This document shows, in pieces, positions 37,414 to 49,856 of a stretch of 64,000 nt of DNA. A program made the translations under genes and the position numbers. This DNA comes from Ignavibacteriota bacterium. GTDB taxonomy: Bacteria; Bacteroidota; Ignavibacteria; UBA10030; UBA6906. The notes under the pieces are model-generated. The model did not search any database, was not told the origin of the DNA, and saw only the letters and a program-made list of their open reading frames with translations. The DNA lies in contig CAWDEM010000008.1 of NCBI GenBank assembly GCA_963801355.1, positions 2,912,001-2,976,000 of the forward strand, read 5' to 3'. Position 1 is the stretch's first letter. Every line of letters begins with the position of its first letter.

Positions 37414-38844
37414 ATGGACGGTTACACGACCTTTTCCGCCCGATTTTGTGAATTTGTACAAGCCCGCAGCCTCCTGCGGACCGGGGATAGGCTTGTTGTA
37501 GCGGTCAGCGGAGGCGTGGATTCCGTTGTTCTTTTGCATCTTCTCGCGGACCAGCGTAGCCGTTGGGAGTTGTGGATATCGGTCGCACACTTCAATCATG
37601 GTCTACGGCCCGGGGCGGCGGAAGAGGACGAGGCATTTGTCAGCCGGCTGGCGGCCAGCTACGGGTTCCCCCTATCTATCGGGCGGGGGGCAGTCGAAGA
37701 AGAGGCACGGAAGTCCGGACGGGGCATCGAGGATGCCGCCCGCACGTTGCGGTATGCGTTTCTCGAAGAGGCAAGGGTATCCACGGACAGCAACCGCATC
37801 GCCACAGGCCACAACGCCGACGATAATGCAGAGACCGTTCTGCTCAATCTCTTGCGGGGAAGTGGATTGCGGGGACTGGCGGGAATCCCGGTTGTCCGGG
37901 ATGAAGGGCGGATTGTGCGGCCACTGCTCTTTGCCACCAGGGAAGAAATCGCGGCATTCGCCGGTACAGCCGGCCTCGAGTGGAGAGAAGACGCGTCAAA
38001 TGCCACGGACGCTCACCGCCGGAATATTGTCCGGCATCATCTTCTCCCCGTCGCGCGCGAGAAGATAAATCCGGGCGTCGCGCGCACACTGTTGCGCACG
38101 GCAGAGCTATTCGGTGAGCTCGACAGCTACATCGCGGAAATTGCGCGCGCAGGTCTCGAAAAGGTAACCATCTGCCGCACCGGCCGGGAGATGCGCCTCT
38201 CATGTCCGCGCCTCCTGTCGTATCCGGCAGTGGTACAGGATTCTGTGCTCCGGCTGGCTGTGCAGGAGTATGCTGGAGTGAGCCTGACCTTCGACCGCGT
38301 TGCTGCGCTTGCAGGATTGCTCCAGCAGCAAACAGGCCGTGTTGTTGAGCTGGGCGGCAACTGGAGTGCGAGCCGGGCAGGAGAGGAGATCGTCATTGCA
38401 CCCGTGGCGCCAGGCACGCCTTTCAGCCTGCCGGTCTGGATGGGGACTCCCTGTCTGATCCCTGGCGGCCGCATCGAGGCGACGCTGACGGAAAGGCCCA
38501 TCGCGCCCGGCGCTCACGGTGCAGAAATGGAATATGTGGACGCAGGGCTGACAGGTACGGAAGGACTCGTGGTGCGATCCTGGAAGGAGGGAGATTCGTT
38601 TGTCCCTCTCGGCATGAGCGGCCACAAGAATGTCAGTGACCTGCTCAACGAAGTGGGGATCCCGTCGTCCCGGAAAGAGGGGTATCCCCTGTTGACCGCC
38701 GCCGGCGGGGAAATCATCTGGGTGTGCGGCGTCCGCCTCGGTGAGCGTTTCAAAATACGCGACACGACGCGCCTCGTGCTTAGACTGACATATCAACGTT
38801 TGGTGGAAGACCTGCATGGTGAAGCAAGTAAAGATCAATGGTGA
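37414..38844 (+). CDS. tilS: tRNA(Ile)-lysidine synthase
   Basis: AVSGGVDS, HFNHGLR, ARTLRY, GHNADDNAET, VRPLL. Confidence 0.95.
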   Translation: MDGYTTFSARFCEFVQARSLLRTGDRLVVAVSGGVDSVVLLHLLADQRSRWELWISVAHFNHGLRPGAAEEDEAFVSRLAASYGFPLSIGRGAVEEEARKSGRGIEDAARTLRYAFLEEARVSTDSNRIATGHNADDNAETVLLNLLRGSGLRGLAGIPVVRDEGRIVRPLLFATREEIAAFAGTAGLEWREDASNATDAHRRNIVRHHLLPVAREKINPGVARTLLRTAELFGELDSYIAEIARAGLEKVTICRTGREMRLSCPRLLSYPAVVQDSVLRLAVQEYAGVSLTFDRVAALAGLLQQQTGRVVELGGNWSASRAGEEIVIAPVAPGTPFSLPVWMGTPCLIPGGRIEATLTERPIAPGAHGAEMEYVDAGLTGTEGLVVRSWKEGDSFVPLGMSGHKNVSDLLNEVGIPSSRKEGYPLLTAAGGEIIWVCGVRLGERFKIRDTTRLVLRLTYQRLVEDLHGEASKDQW

Positions 38845-39358
38845 GACCTTCGTCCCGATGATCAGCGAGCGGAGGATCAAGACGCGGGTCCGGGAGCTTG
38901 CCAGGAAGATCAGCAAGGATTACCGGGGCAAAGTGCCTGTGTTCATCGGCATTCTCAACGGATCGTTCATATTTTTCGCGGATCTCATCCGGGAAATCAC
39001 CATCGATTGCGAAGTTGATTTTCTCAAACTGTCCAGTTACGGCGACACAAAGATCAGTTCCGGGAACGTCCGGCTGTTGAAGGACCTGAATTGCCAGGTG
39101 GAGGGCCGCGACATCATTGTCGTTGAAGATATTGTGGATTCCGGCGTATCGATGCAGTATATACATAGTCTGATCACGCCCCAGAACCCCGCTTCGTTCA
39201 AAATTGTTACGTTGCTATACAAACCCAAGTCCGACAAAACCAATGTTCAGTTGGACTATGTGGGCTTCACCATCCCGCCCGATTATGTCGTGGGCTACGG
39301 CCTGGACTACGCCCAGCGGGAACGAAACCTGAAATCGATATACAAGCTGAAAGCGTGA
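38816..39358 (+). CDS. hpt: Hypoxanthine phosphoribosyltransferase
   Basis: [12 protein letters not shown] motif, VVGYGLDY. Confidence 0.95.
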   Translation: MVKQVKINGETFVPMISERRIKTRVRELARKISKDYRGKVPVFIGILNGSFIFFADLIREITIDCEVDFLKLSSYGDTKISSGNVRLLKDLNCQVEGRDIIVVEDIVDSGVSMQYIHSLITPQNPASFKIVTLLYKPKSDKTNVQLDYVGFTIPPDYVVGYGLDYAQRERNLKSIYKLKA

Positions 39359-39365
39359 ACGCAGT

Positions 39366-41380
<2,015 letters not shown>

Positions 41381-41384
<4 letters not shown>

Positions 41385-42052
41385 ACGAGCTTGCCAGCGT
41401 CGAGGAGAGCTACAGCACCGAGATCATTCGCAAGAGTATTCACCTGATCTCGCTCTCCATTCCGGTGATCTATTACTTCATCCCGCGCAGCACGGCGCTG
41501 GCGATCCTCATACCCCTCGCACTGGTGTTCGGACTCTCGGACCTTGCCCGTCTGCACATCCCGGCGGTGGGGTCAATCTACAACCGCTTCTTCGGGTTTC
41601 TGCTCCGGCGCCATGAATCGCGGAGCGCAAAACCGCGCTTGAATGGCGCCACATTCGTCCTGCTCTCCGCGGTCATCTGCGTCTGGTTCTTCCCGAAAGT
41701 TATCGTTGTCACAGCATTCTCGATTCTCATCATCTCCGATTCTGCCGCCGCACTGATCGGCCGGCGGTACGGACGCCACAGGTTCCTCGGCAAATCACTC
41801 GAAGGCACAACTGCATTCCTCATCACTGCGCTGCTCGTTGTCGCTGTGGCACCCAAGATCGGTTATTACCCCGCCGAGTATCTTCTCGGATCCATCGCCG
41901 CGGTTGTCGGCTCCATTGTCGAGGCGGTCTCGGGGGAGACACTCGATGACAATCTCTCCATTCCCATCAGCATCAGTGTCGTGATGTGGCTTCTCTACAC
42001 GCTCCTGCTTCCCATGGTGAATGTCTGGGCTCTGGACGGGATCATCTCATGA
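41381..42052 (+). CDS. Dolichol/phytol kinase-like membrane protein (SEC59/DGK1/VTE5 family)
   Basis: RKSIH, DSAAALIGRRYG, KSLEG, DDNL. Confidence 0.82.
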
Positions 42053-42516
42053 GATTCTACCTCTCCGGCGGCATGGAATATGCGTCAGATGAAGGACGCG
42101 ACTGGCGCAGCCAGATGCAGACGTGGCTCGAAGGGGAGCTCCATGCGACGGTCTTCAACCCGAATGTCGAAAGCGCGAAGGTGTTTTCCACCCGCCACGC
42201 CGGAGTGAACTTCCGGGCTCTGAAGACGGCGGATCCGGCGCGCTACCGGATGATCGCCGCGGAGCTCGTAGACCTCGACTGCCGGGAGATTGCCGACCAT
42301 TCGGATGTTGTGATTTGCTTCTGGGACGCCTCCGCCATGCGCGGCGCAGGGACCAAAGGGGAGCTGACAATGGCAAGGTACTGCCACAAACCGGTCTATA
42401 TGGTCACCACGATGCCCGAATCAGAAATCCCGGGATGGGTTCTGGGATGCGTGACGAGGATGTTCCGGGGATTTGAGGAGCTGAAAGGGTACTTGAAGAG
42501 ATGGCACTGGGCATGA
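42049..42516 (+). CDS. Nucleoside 2-deoxyribosyltransferase-like protein
   Basis: FYLSGGM, FNP, D...SDVVI, GTKGE, KPV; ATGA overlap. Confidence 0.65.
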   Translation: MRFYLSGGMEYASDEGRDWRSQMQTWLEGELHATVFNPNVESAKVFSTRHAGVNFRALKTADPARYRMIAAELVDLDCREIADHSDVVICFWDASAMRGAGTKGELTMARYCHKPVYMVTTMPESEIPGWVLGCVTRMFRGFEELKGYLKRWHWA

Positions 42517-42636
42517 GGCAATAGGCAAGATAGGGGTCTGTGCCAATGCTAGGCACTGCGGCACGAGGCCTCTACCTCTTGCCCAATGCCTAGCGCCTAG
42601 TGCCTCTTCCTCACGCCCCGTGCCTAGCTCTGCCTG
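42503..42636. repeat. Inverted heptamer arrays between convergent genes
   Basis: RGGCANN units (GGGCATG AGGCAAT AGGCAAG AGGCACT) followed by complementary TGCCTAG-type units. Confidence 0.7.
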
Positions 42637-44154
42637 TTATCTTTGCAGCACCTCCCCCACCGGCACCACCTTCACATTCTCCTTCTTCACCGGCACGGCG
42701 AACACCGCGATTTCCTTGTCTTCCTTCAGCACTGATTCCGGCTTTTCCGTCTTGTAGGTAATCGGACTCGGCGTATCATTGACGAGCGCATCACGGAACG
42801 CCGCGCCGTCCTTCGTGACAACGGCGATCTGCATTGAGCCGTACTGCCAGTATTTCTTGATTGCCGCATTCACTTCTTCTCTCGTGATCTCCCCCATGAC
42901 CTTCCGGAACATTTCGAGGTGACTCCCGGCGATGCCGTAGAACCGGTCGTCAAGCGCGTACCCCAGCCGTTGCATGGTGGTCGGCGCATAGTGCAGCACG
43001 TAGTTCTTCAGAAAACTCCGCGTCAGCGCATAAGCGTCCTCGCTCAGCCCGTTATCTATCACATGCTTGAACTCCCGCAGCGCAGCACGCAAGGCAAAGT
43101 GCCCGGTTTCCAGCGGCACAGGACGGATCCAGATTTCAAAGAGTTGTTTTCTTCGGGCAACATTCTGCGGAGGCATCTGCCGCATTCCACCGCGCGGGAA
43201 ATTCTCGATGTATGAATAGTCCCCGTAGTTGAGTCCGCGTGCTTCCCGGATCACCTGATACAGATGTGAACTGGAATTGCGGTGCTCGCCCAGCCAGGAA
43301 TTCGCAACCGCCAGTGCATACCATTCGCGGGACCCGCGCAGCACGTTAATCGGAAATCCCATGCTGATGGCTGTCGCCGGTGCATCCTTGTCGACGATCG
43401 TGACATGGAATCCCTGCGTCGCGGACGGTTGCGGTACGGGAACAATGGGAGGTGCTCCGGCAGGCAGCGCCGAGAGATCACCGGCCAGGCGGTCGATGAG
43501 CTCCTGGTCGTATCCACCTCCGACACCGGGCACAACATTTTCCCGGGTGTAGTGCGTTTTGTAGAAGGCTTTCACATCATCCAGCGTAATGCTCTTGACT
43601 CCGTCCACCGTTCCGGTGACGATGTGGCCGTACGGCGTCCCGGCATAGACGGCATTGTAGAGCACGGCCTTCCCGAGCTCTTCGTCGCTGGCATACCGGA
43701 GCGTGGTCTCCAGCTCGTTCAGCGTCTGGCTCTTGATCCGGTCAAGATCTTCCTGCGTAAACGCCGGCGCAAGGATCGCATCCATGAGCAGCGGGTAATA
43801 TGCCGCAAGATTGTCCTTGTGAACCCGTCCGGTAATGACCGTCATCTCGGTTGATACCGAGGCGGCGTAGTCTGCCGCGAGCGGATAGAGAAGGTCAATG
43901 ATATGTGCATAGGTATTGCGCGTCGTGGAGGCGTCCGCAAGCATCTGGCCGGTAATCGCGGCGAGCCCCTCTTTCCCTTGCGGATCATTCTGTGATCCCA
44001 CCTTGAACCAGAGGCGGAACGAGACGGTCGGATCGTTTTTCACGGGAAGCAGAACAAACGTACTGGTATCCACGAATTCGCCTCCAATCATGACTGCCGG
44101 CATCAGGCCGGGCATGAGACCGAGTATCAGGCATACAGCGCACAGGATTTTCAT
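42637..44154 (-). CDS. M16 family peptidase, non-catalytic subunit
   Basis: GSQNDPQGKEGLA without HXXEH; VIREARGLNY. Confidence 0.85.
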   Translation of the reverse strand: MKILCAVCLILGLMPGLMPAVMIGGEFVDTSTFVLLPVKNDPTVSFRLWFKVGSQNDPQGKEGLAAITGQMLADASTTRNTYAHIIDLLYPLAADYAASVSTEMTVITGRVHKDNLAAYYPLLMDAILAPAFTQEDLDRIKSQTLNELETTLRYASDEELGKAVLYNAVYAGTPYGHIVTGTVDGVKSITLDDVKAFYKTHYTRENVVPGVGGGYDQELIDRLAGDLSALPAGAPPIVPVPQPSATQGFHVTIVDKDAPATAISMGFPINVLRGSREWYALAVANSWLGEHRNSSSHLYQVIREARGLNYGDYSYIENFPRGGMRQMPPQNVARRKQLFEIWIRPVPLETGHFALRAALREFKHVIDNGLSEDAYALTRSFLKNYVLHYAPTTMQRLGYALDDRFYGIAGSHLEMFRKVMGEITREEVNAAIKKYWQYGSMQIAVVTKDGAAFRDALVNDTPSPITYKTEKPESVLKEDKEIAVFAVPVKKENVKVVPVGEVLQR

Positions 44155-45482
44155 TGGCGGGATCCTTTCAGCACGACGACCGTCCGCCGTTCGGGTACAA
44201 AGTACCGCTGTGCGGCGGCGCGGACATCTTCCGGCGTGACGGCGTCAAGCGCCGCGTACAATTTCTCCACGACCTCTATGCCGCCGGTGATGGCGGCAAA
44301 CCGTGCCAGCCCGCCCGCTACGCGGTCTGGTGTATCGAGGTTCATGAGAAACTGGTAGCGTTGCCGGCGTTTGAGATCACTCAGCCGCCGGGCATCCACA
44401 GGTGTGGACTGATACTGCCTCAACGTGGCGTAGATCGCTTCACGCACCGCATCCAGGTCCGCCTCGTTCTTGATGCGGGCAACGATGTCGAACAGCGGCA
44501 TATCGCGGTTCGCCGGAATGCCTGCGCCAAGGATGTCAACCTTCTGTTCCTGGATATACAGCTTCTTGTAGAGATCACTGGTCTCGCCAAAGGCCAGCTC
44601 GCCAAGGAGCAACGCTGCCACATACATGCGGTTGCCGGGATCGAAGGCGTCGCCTTTGTAGGCAATATTCAGTACCGGCAGCGTTTTCCCCGGATACGTG
44701 ACAACGGCCGACCGCTCGGCTGTCTGAGCGGGCTCGGTGCCGGGAATCGGCGGCACGTAGCCTTTTGCCCATCCTCCATAGTATTTCCGGACAAGGGCAA
44801 GTGTCGCCGGCACCGCAATATCACCCGCAATCAACAGGACCACGTTCTCCGGGCGGTAATACCGCTGATAGAAGGACTTGCTGTATGCGTATCCCTCCGG
44901 CATTCTCTTGATGTCCGCTTCAAAGCCCATGGTCGTGTGCTTGTAGGTATGCACGTCATAGGCCGCGTCCTGCACCTTCTCGTTCAGCAGGGCAAAGGGA
45001 TTGGTGACGCTCTTCCGGTACTCGCCGTACACGGCGCCCGCTTCCGTCTGAAATTCACGCTCGGCATACGAAAGGTTCTGAAAGCGGTCACTTTCCAGCT
45101 CGATCACCCGCTCGAGATCCTCCTTCGCAAAGTTCAAATGGTACGCCGTATAATCGTCCGTCGTGTACGCATTGGCATCTGCGCCGATACCTGTCATCAG
45201 GCTGTCATAGACGGGACCCGGATACTTCTTCGTTCCCCGGAACATCATATGTTCGAAGAAGTGCGCAAAGCCCGACTTGCCGGGTTCGTATTCGTCCCTG
45301 CTCCCCGTGCGGACCACGGAATAGTAGGCGACCAGTCCCGGGCTCTCCATCGGGATCACATACACCGTCAGCCCGTTTGGCAGTATCTCTTTTGTGTATG
45401 GATAGGGAAAGAAGGACTTTGCCATGGCAGCACTTCCTGTCAGGAGAAGAACAATGAAAAGGTAACAGACAACATGTTTCAT
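44151..45482 (-). CDS. M16 family zinc peptidase, catalytic subunit
   Basis: GFAHFFEHMMFRGT, NAYTT, YYRPEN. Confidence 0.92.
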   Translation of the reverse strand: MKHVVCYLFIVLLLTGSAAMAKSFFPYPYTKEILPNGLTVYVIPMESPGLVAYYSVVRTGSRDEYEPGKSGFAHFFEHMMFRGTKKYPGPVYDSLMTGIGADANAYTTDDYTAYHLNFAKEDLERVIELESDRFQNLSYAEREFQTEAGAVYGEYRKSVTNPFALLNEKVQDAAYDVHTYKHTTMGFEADIKRMPEGYAYSKSFYQRYYRPENVVLLIAGDIAVPATLALVRKYYGGWAKGYVPPIPGTEPAQTAERSAVVTYPGKTLPVLNIAYKGDAFDPGNRMYVAALLLGELAFGETSDLYKKLYIQEQKVDILGAGIPANRDMPLFDIVARIKNEADLDAVREAIYATLRQYQSTPVDARRLSDLKRRQRYQFLMNLDTPDRVAGGLARFAAITGGIEVVEKLYAALDAVTPEDVRAAAQRYFVPERRTVVVLKGSRQ

Positions 45483-45513
45483 ACGATCTCTCAGAGTGGT
45501 AGTTAACACGGAT

Positions 45514-47076
45514 TCAGTGGGAAGCGGGCATGCTGCCGTTCACCTGGATTTCCGTCAGAAGGGCTCTGTGTTCGAGTGCCCACCGGCCAAGGTCGACGAG
45601 CGTCGGACCGGTGACATTCACGCCATGGTGGGGTTCCACGTGCGCATCCCCGGCATACGGCAAACCGGCAACGATTGTTCCTGCAAACGCATCCACCTTC
45701 CCGCGCAGGGCGAGAATTGCCGCCTGCAATGTTGAACAGGAAACGGGCGGATTTGACTCTCCGTACACGACGTACCCCGGCGGCAGGGTCGCATGGTGAA
45801 GATAGCCGTGCCAGTGGGCCAGGGCCAGACCCGTGTGCGCGAGAGTTGTGGCGAACGGCGCATCGGGCTGCCGGCGCTGTTGCACGGCCGCCACCAGCGC
45901 ATTCCCTACTGCATGGGCAAGAATGGTGAGCGTGTCATACGAGGGTTTGCAGTCGGTCCCGGGCGTCACACCGCGGGGAGTGCTGAAGATGATCTTGCCC
46001 TGCGAAAGACCGAGCAGCACCAGGTCGCGGTGCGGATCGATGTTCGATTTGTCGCAGCCCGAACGCGTGATCAAAACACCCACATCGGGAACATGCACGT
46101 AGTACGCCGTCTCGCCCGCGTGTATGGCAATCCAGAAACCATCCCCGTCCGGAACCACCTCGGGGTTCTTCTTCAACATTTCAATGCCGAATTTCTGGAT
46201 GGCTTCATTCCCGGTCAACGTTGCGGCAGGCGGGGTGGCAAGCTGCCTGGCGAGAAAACCGTAGCTCATTCCCGAGCGGTTGTCCAGATACGCAGCGGCC
46301 AGGCGCCTGTAGTACTTGTTGCGGAATTCCAGATCTTCCAGCGAGGTGTGGAACAGCATCAATCCCGTATCATGCCAGAGTTTACCGCTTTCCTGAAAGT
46401 CGTTCACGTACGGCGCATAGCGCGCATCCTGAAGGTTCAATCCCCCTTCGCGCACATCAAAGTCGCTCGAGTGCGGCGGCACGACGGGCGCGGCGAGCTT
46501 GGGAATGAGTACGGTCGCAGTATCCTTCAGCATACTGCTCTGCGAACACCGGATCACGGCGCCGTTCATCGTGACCACCGTCCATGTCTCCTCGTCGACA
46601 TAGATGGTCATCTGTTCGATGTTCCAGGCCAGGCGCTTGACGATGCTGTTGAGTTTTTCCTGGGAGCGGGTTTCCGTCTCTGCGGGACATGGCCCTTCCA
46701 CAATTCCGACAATTGTCGCACGCCGCAAATTCGGCACATGATCGACCGGGAGGTCACCCGACTCAAGCGTTCCCTGGGAGATGACGACGATCCCCTCTTT
46801 GAGCTTGCCCGTTGCCGTGTCGGCCTGTGCCTGCGAGTAGCGCAAAATATGCGCTCCGTTCCGCTCCAGTGCCGCCCTCAACTGGTCGGCGAACCGCTGT
46901 ACCCGGGGAGACGATTGCCTGACCGGATAGAACGTTACACTCAGACTCTTTGCCATATCATGCGGGCGGAGGGGCACGGAGGATTTCATCCCGAGTATGG
47001 CCTGAATCGCCGTATCGTGAAGTGCCGGCCGCCGCTCCGATGTGCTCGGTAACTGCACTGTGTTATCTCTCCTCAC
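45514..47076 (-). CDS. Hypothetical protein with class II aldolase-like C-terminal motifs
   Basis: 520-aa ORF in operon context; ITRSGCDK, KPSYDT, HWHG, HHGV. Confidence 0.6.
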   Translation of the reverse strand: MRRDNTVQLPSTSERRPALHDTAIQAILGMKSSVPLRPHDMAKSLSVTFYPVRQSSPRVQRFADQLRAALERNGAHILRYSQAQADTATGKLKEGIVVISQGTLESGDLPVDHVPNLRRATIVGIVEGPCPAETETRSQEKLNSIVKRLAWNIEQMTIYVDEETWTVVTMNGAVIRCSQSSMLKDTATVLIPKLAAPVVPPHSSDFDVREGGLNLQDARYAPYVNDFQESGKLWHDTGLMLFHTSLEDLEFRNKYYRRLAAAYLDNRSGMSYGFLARQLATPPAATLTGNEAIQKFGIEMLKKNPEVVPDGDGFWIAIHAGETAYYVHVPDVGVLITRSGCDKSNIDPHRDLVLLGLSQGKIIFSTPRGVTPGTDCKPSYDTLTILAHAVGNALVAAVQQRRQPDAPFATTLAHTGLALAHWHGYLHHATLPPGYVVYGESNPPVSCSTLQAAILALRGKVDAFAGTIVAGLPYAGDAHVEPHHGVNVTGPTLVDLGRWALEHRALLTEIQVNGSMPASH

Positions 47077-47851
47077 CTTCGAGTTTCAAGAACCGGACGA
47101 GCATATCCCCCAGTCCGGGCCAGAGAGCGCTGAGAACGATCAGGGCTTTGGGGCCGGCAAAGGGAATCACCAGCTCGCGGCGGCGCGTGCGCACAGCCCG
47201 GAGAATTGCGCGACCCACGCGCGCACTGGAAATCTTGGGCGATGCAAGCGGCACATCAATCGTCTCAATCATGCGGGTGTCCACCCGTCCCGGCAATATG
47301 GTGGACGCATACACTCCCGTGCCGCGCAATTCCTGACGGAGCACATCCATAAGCCCCGTGGCGGCGAACTTCGACGCCACGTAGGCCCCGTCGGGGGGAA
47401 GACCCTTGCGCCCGTCCACAGAGGTCACCGCCACGATGTGCCCCGACCCCTGTGCGAGCATGAGGGGCAACACGGCACGGATGAGATGGACTGTCCCGTA
47501 GAAGTTGACGTCCATGCACCGTTCGAATGATGCGAGCGGGAGATCTTTCACCGCGCCACGGACGTAGACCCCCGCATTGCAGATCGCGATATCCACCCGC
47601 CCGAATCGCTCCAGCGTCTGATCCACAAGGTTTCTGACATCCGCCTCACGCGTCACATCTGCCGGAACAACCAGAACCTCGGCCCCGGTCGCATGCAACT
47701 CCGACTGCACCGCCGTAAGCTTTTCACGAGAGCGCGCAGCCAGCACGAGCCGCGCCCCCGAGGCGGCAAACACCTGCGCCGTCGCCCGGCCGATGCCGCT
47801 GGAGGCGCCGGTGATGATGGTGACGGCGTTGCTGATGCGGTCACGAGGCAT
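47063..47851 (-). CDS. SDR family oxidoreductase
   Basis: TGASSGIG, NAG, YVASK. Confidence 0.93.
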   Translation of the reverse strand: MPRDRISNAVTIITGASSGIGRATAQVFAASGARLVLAARSREKLTAVQSELHATGAEVLVVPADVTREADVRNLVDQTLERFGRVDIAICNAGVYVRGAVKDLPLASFERCMDVNFYGTVHLIRAVLPLMLAQGSGHIVAVTSVDGRKGLPPDGAYVASKFAATGLMDVLRQELRGTGVYASTILPGRVDTRMIETIDVPLASPKISSARVGRAILRAVRTRRRELVIPFAGPKALIVLSALWPGLGDMLVRFLKLEGEER

Positions 47852-48314
47852 TCGGGGTCATGGCTCCTGGAAATCGAACCATTTCTACATGCTGAATTCC
47901 ATCCTCGTCATACGCATCGCCCGCAGGAACATAACCGAAACCGGCATAGAATCGTTCCAGATACTGCTGCGCGGAGATCCTGTTGGCCTGTCCGGGGTAC
48001 TCAAGGGCGGCTTTGCGGAGGCCTTCCTCCATGAGCAGCTTCCCGACGCCGCTCCCGCGCACAGACTGTGCCGTGACGACGCGGCCGATCGATGGTTCGG
48101 CAAACCGGAAGCCCGGCCGAACGATTCGGAGATAGGCTACCAGCACTCCGGCTTCATTATGGCCCGTCAGGTGGAGTGCATGCTCGTCCCTGCCGTCCGC
48201 ATCGAGATACGGACACCCCTGCTCCACAATGAATACCTCCTGGCGCAAACGCAGAAAGGCGTACATTTCGCGCGGATGGAGCGAGGAGAATTCATGCCAG
48301 GTCCAACGGATCAT
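47841..48314 (-). CDS. elaA: GNAT acetyltransferase, ElaA-like
   Basis: LRQEVFIVEQGCPYLDAD, IGRVV, RGSGVG, SAQQYLERFY, EDGIQHVEM. Confidence 0.85.
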   Translation of the reverse strand: MIRWTWHEFSSLHPREMYAFLRLRQEVFIVEQGCPYLDADGRDEHALHLTGHNEAGVLVAYLRIVRPGFRFAEPSIGRVVTAQSVRGSGVGKLLMEEGLRKAALEYPGQANRISAQQYLERFYAGFGYVPAGDAYDEDGIQHVEMVRFPGAMTPNAS

Positions 48315-48409
48315 GCGGATGCGTTCAGTAGGGAAAACCGGAAATGCCCTGATTATCAGTGATTCCGAATAAGTAGTGTACAAACTCAGCTTTTCAAAAG
48401 CAACGGACC

Positions 48410-48438
48410 TTGAATCTCAAACGAAGCGGAGGTATATT
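48410..48438 (+). promoter_or_regulatory. Sigma-70 promoter
   Basis: TTGAAT-17-TATATT; a divergent TTGCTT-17-TACACT lies at 48403-48375. Confidence 0.6.
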
Positions 48439-48475
48439 TGCCCTGCAGATCGTTTCATTCTCGTCCCGGAACTGA

Positions 48476-49807
48476 ATGCCAGCACCGACCACGGCACCTC
48501 ACCGTCTCCTTGTAATCTCTGACCTCCATCTGACGACCGGGTTGGATCCGGTGACGGGACAGTGGTCTCCCACCGAGGACTTCTTCTGGGATGCGGATTT
48601 TGCGGAATTCCTTGCGTACTACACCGATGGGAATCCGACGACGCTGATCATCAACGGCGACCTGGTGGATTTCCTGCAGGTCCTGAGTATTCCGAACCCC
48701 GAAGAACGCGTCGCATTCGATATCTCCCCCGATGAGCTGCACCCGAAGTATGGCCTCCGCGACACTGAACATGCCGCCGAGTTTCTGATGGTGAAAGTCC
48801 TGAATGGGCACGCCCGCTTCTTCGAGGCGCTCGCACTATTCGTCGGCAGGGGAAACGAGCTGGTGATCATCAAGGGAAACCATGACGTCCAGTTCTTCTG
48901 GCCCGGGGTGCAAAGACGTCTGGTTGACCGCCTGCAGCAGCTCTGCGTCCGGAACCGGCTCGCGTTTGATCCATCGCGCGTCCGGTTTGCGCCATGGTGC
49001 TACTGCATCCCCGGACTCATTTTCGTTGAACATGGAAATCAATACGAAGGGACGACGGCATTCAGGAATTTCTTGATGCCCATTCTTCCCTATGATCTTC
49101 CAAACGGGCGCCGGGAACTGGAGCTGGATCTCTCCGGCGTCCTCATCCGTTTCATGACAAACCGGGTTGAGCCGGTCAATCCGCTGGCTGACAATGTCCG
49201 GCCATTTTCCGGCATCTATCGGCTCCTCTTGAAGGAACACCCATGGGTAATTCTGGGGACATTCACGTCGGCGATGCGGGCGCTCTTCCGGGCAGGCCGG
49301 AAACGGCAGTTGTGGCGCGTGAGCAGCATCCGTCAGCGGTATGTCGAAATCCGGCGGCTTAACGACCTGGCGCGGGATGAAGAGGCACGCAGGTGTGCGC
49401 CCCATGACCCCGTCGCAGCGGCACGGCTGGTCGAGCTCTTCTCTGTAATCACCGGCCGGCTCCACCGGCGCCCCACGCTGGAACGCAGCATCTGGAGGTT
49501 CCTGAAAAGCCGCAAGGAAATGCTGCCCAACGTCTCACGTCTCCTCCGGCGCAGCGCACAGGCCCTGGCCGGGGTGCTGGAAACCGGGTTCATTATCTTC
49601 GGCCATGCCCACTATCCGGATGCACTCCTGCTCGGCAACGGCACACGGTACTTCAATTCCGGTTCGTGGATTCCTACTCTGCTGGAACCGGCACCCGGAT
49701 ACCCGATTGCATGGCAGTTCACGTTTTTCCTTCTGGAGGACGGAACAGGGACGCTGTTGCGCTGGGTCCCCGAGAGGCACCAGCCTGAACCTTTCACCGT
49801 TCAATAG
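48476..49807 (+). CDS. Calcineurin-like metallophosphoesterase
   Basis: SDLH, GDLVD, GNHD, EHG, GHAH, YFNSGSW. Confidence 0.85.
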   Translation: MPAPTTAPHRLLVISDLHLTTGLDPVTGQWSPTEDFFWDADFAEFLAYYTDGNPTTLIINGDLVDFLQVLSIPNPEERVAFDISPDELHPKYGLRDTEHAAEFLMVKVLNGHARFFEALALFVGRGNELVIIKGNHDVQFFWPGVQRRLVDRLQQLCVRNRLAFDPSRVRFAPWCYCIPGLIFVEHGNQYEGTTAFRNFLMPILPYDLPNGRRELELDLSGVLIRFMTNRVEPVNPLADNVRPFSGIYRLLLKEHPWVILGTFTSAMRALFRAGRKRQLWRVSSIRQRYVEIRRLNDLARDEEARRCAPHDPVAAARLVELFSVITGRLHRRPTLERSIWRFLKSRKEMLPNVSRLLRRSAQALAGVLETGFIIFGHAHYPDALLLGNGTRYFNSGSWIPTLLEPAPGYPIAWQFTFFLLEDGTGTLLRWVPERHQPEPFTVQ

Positions 49808-49856
49808 AAGGCGGGATGCCCTCGACACTCTCGTGGGAAGTTGGTATATTACTGCG

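Noticed and set aside
42049-42516. NDT/TIR-like gene as an anti-phage defence component
   Set aside because: It is coupled to a housekeeping operon, with no partner effector or defence-island context.
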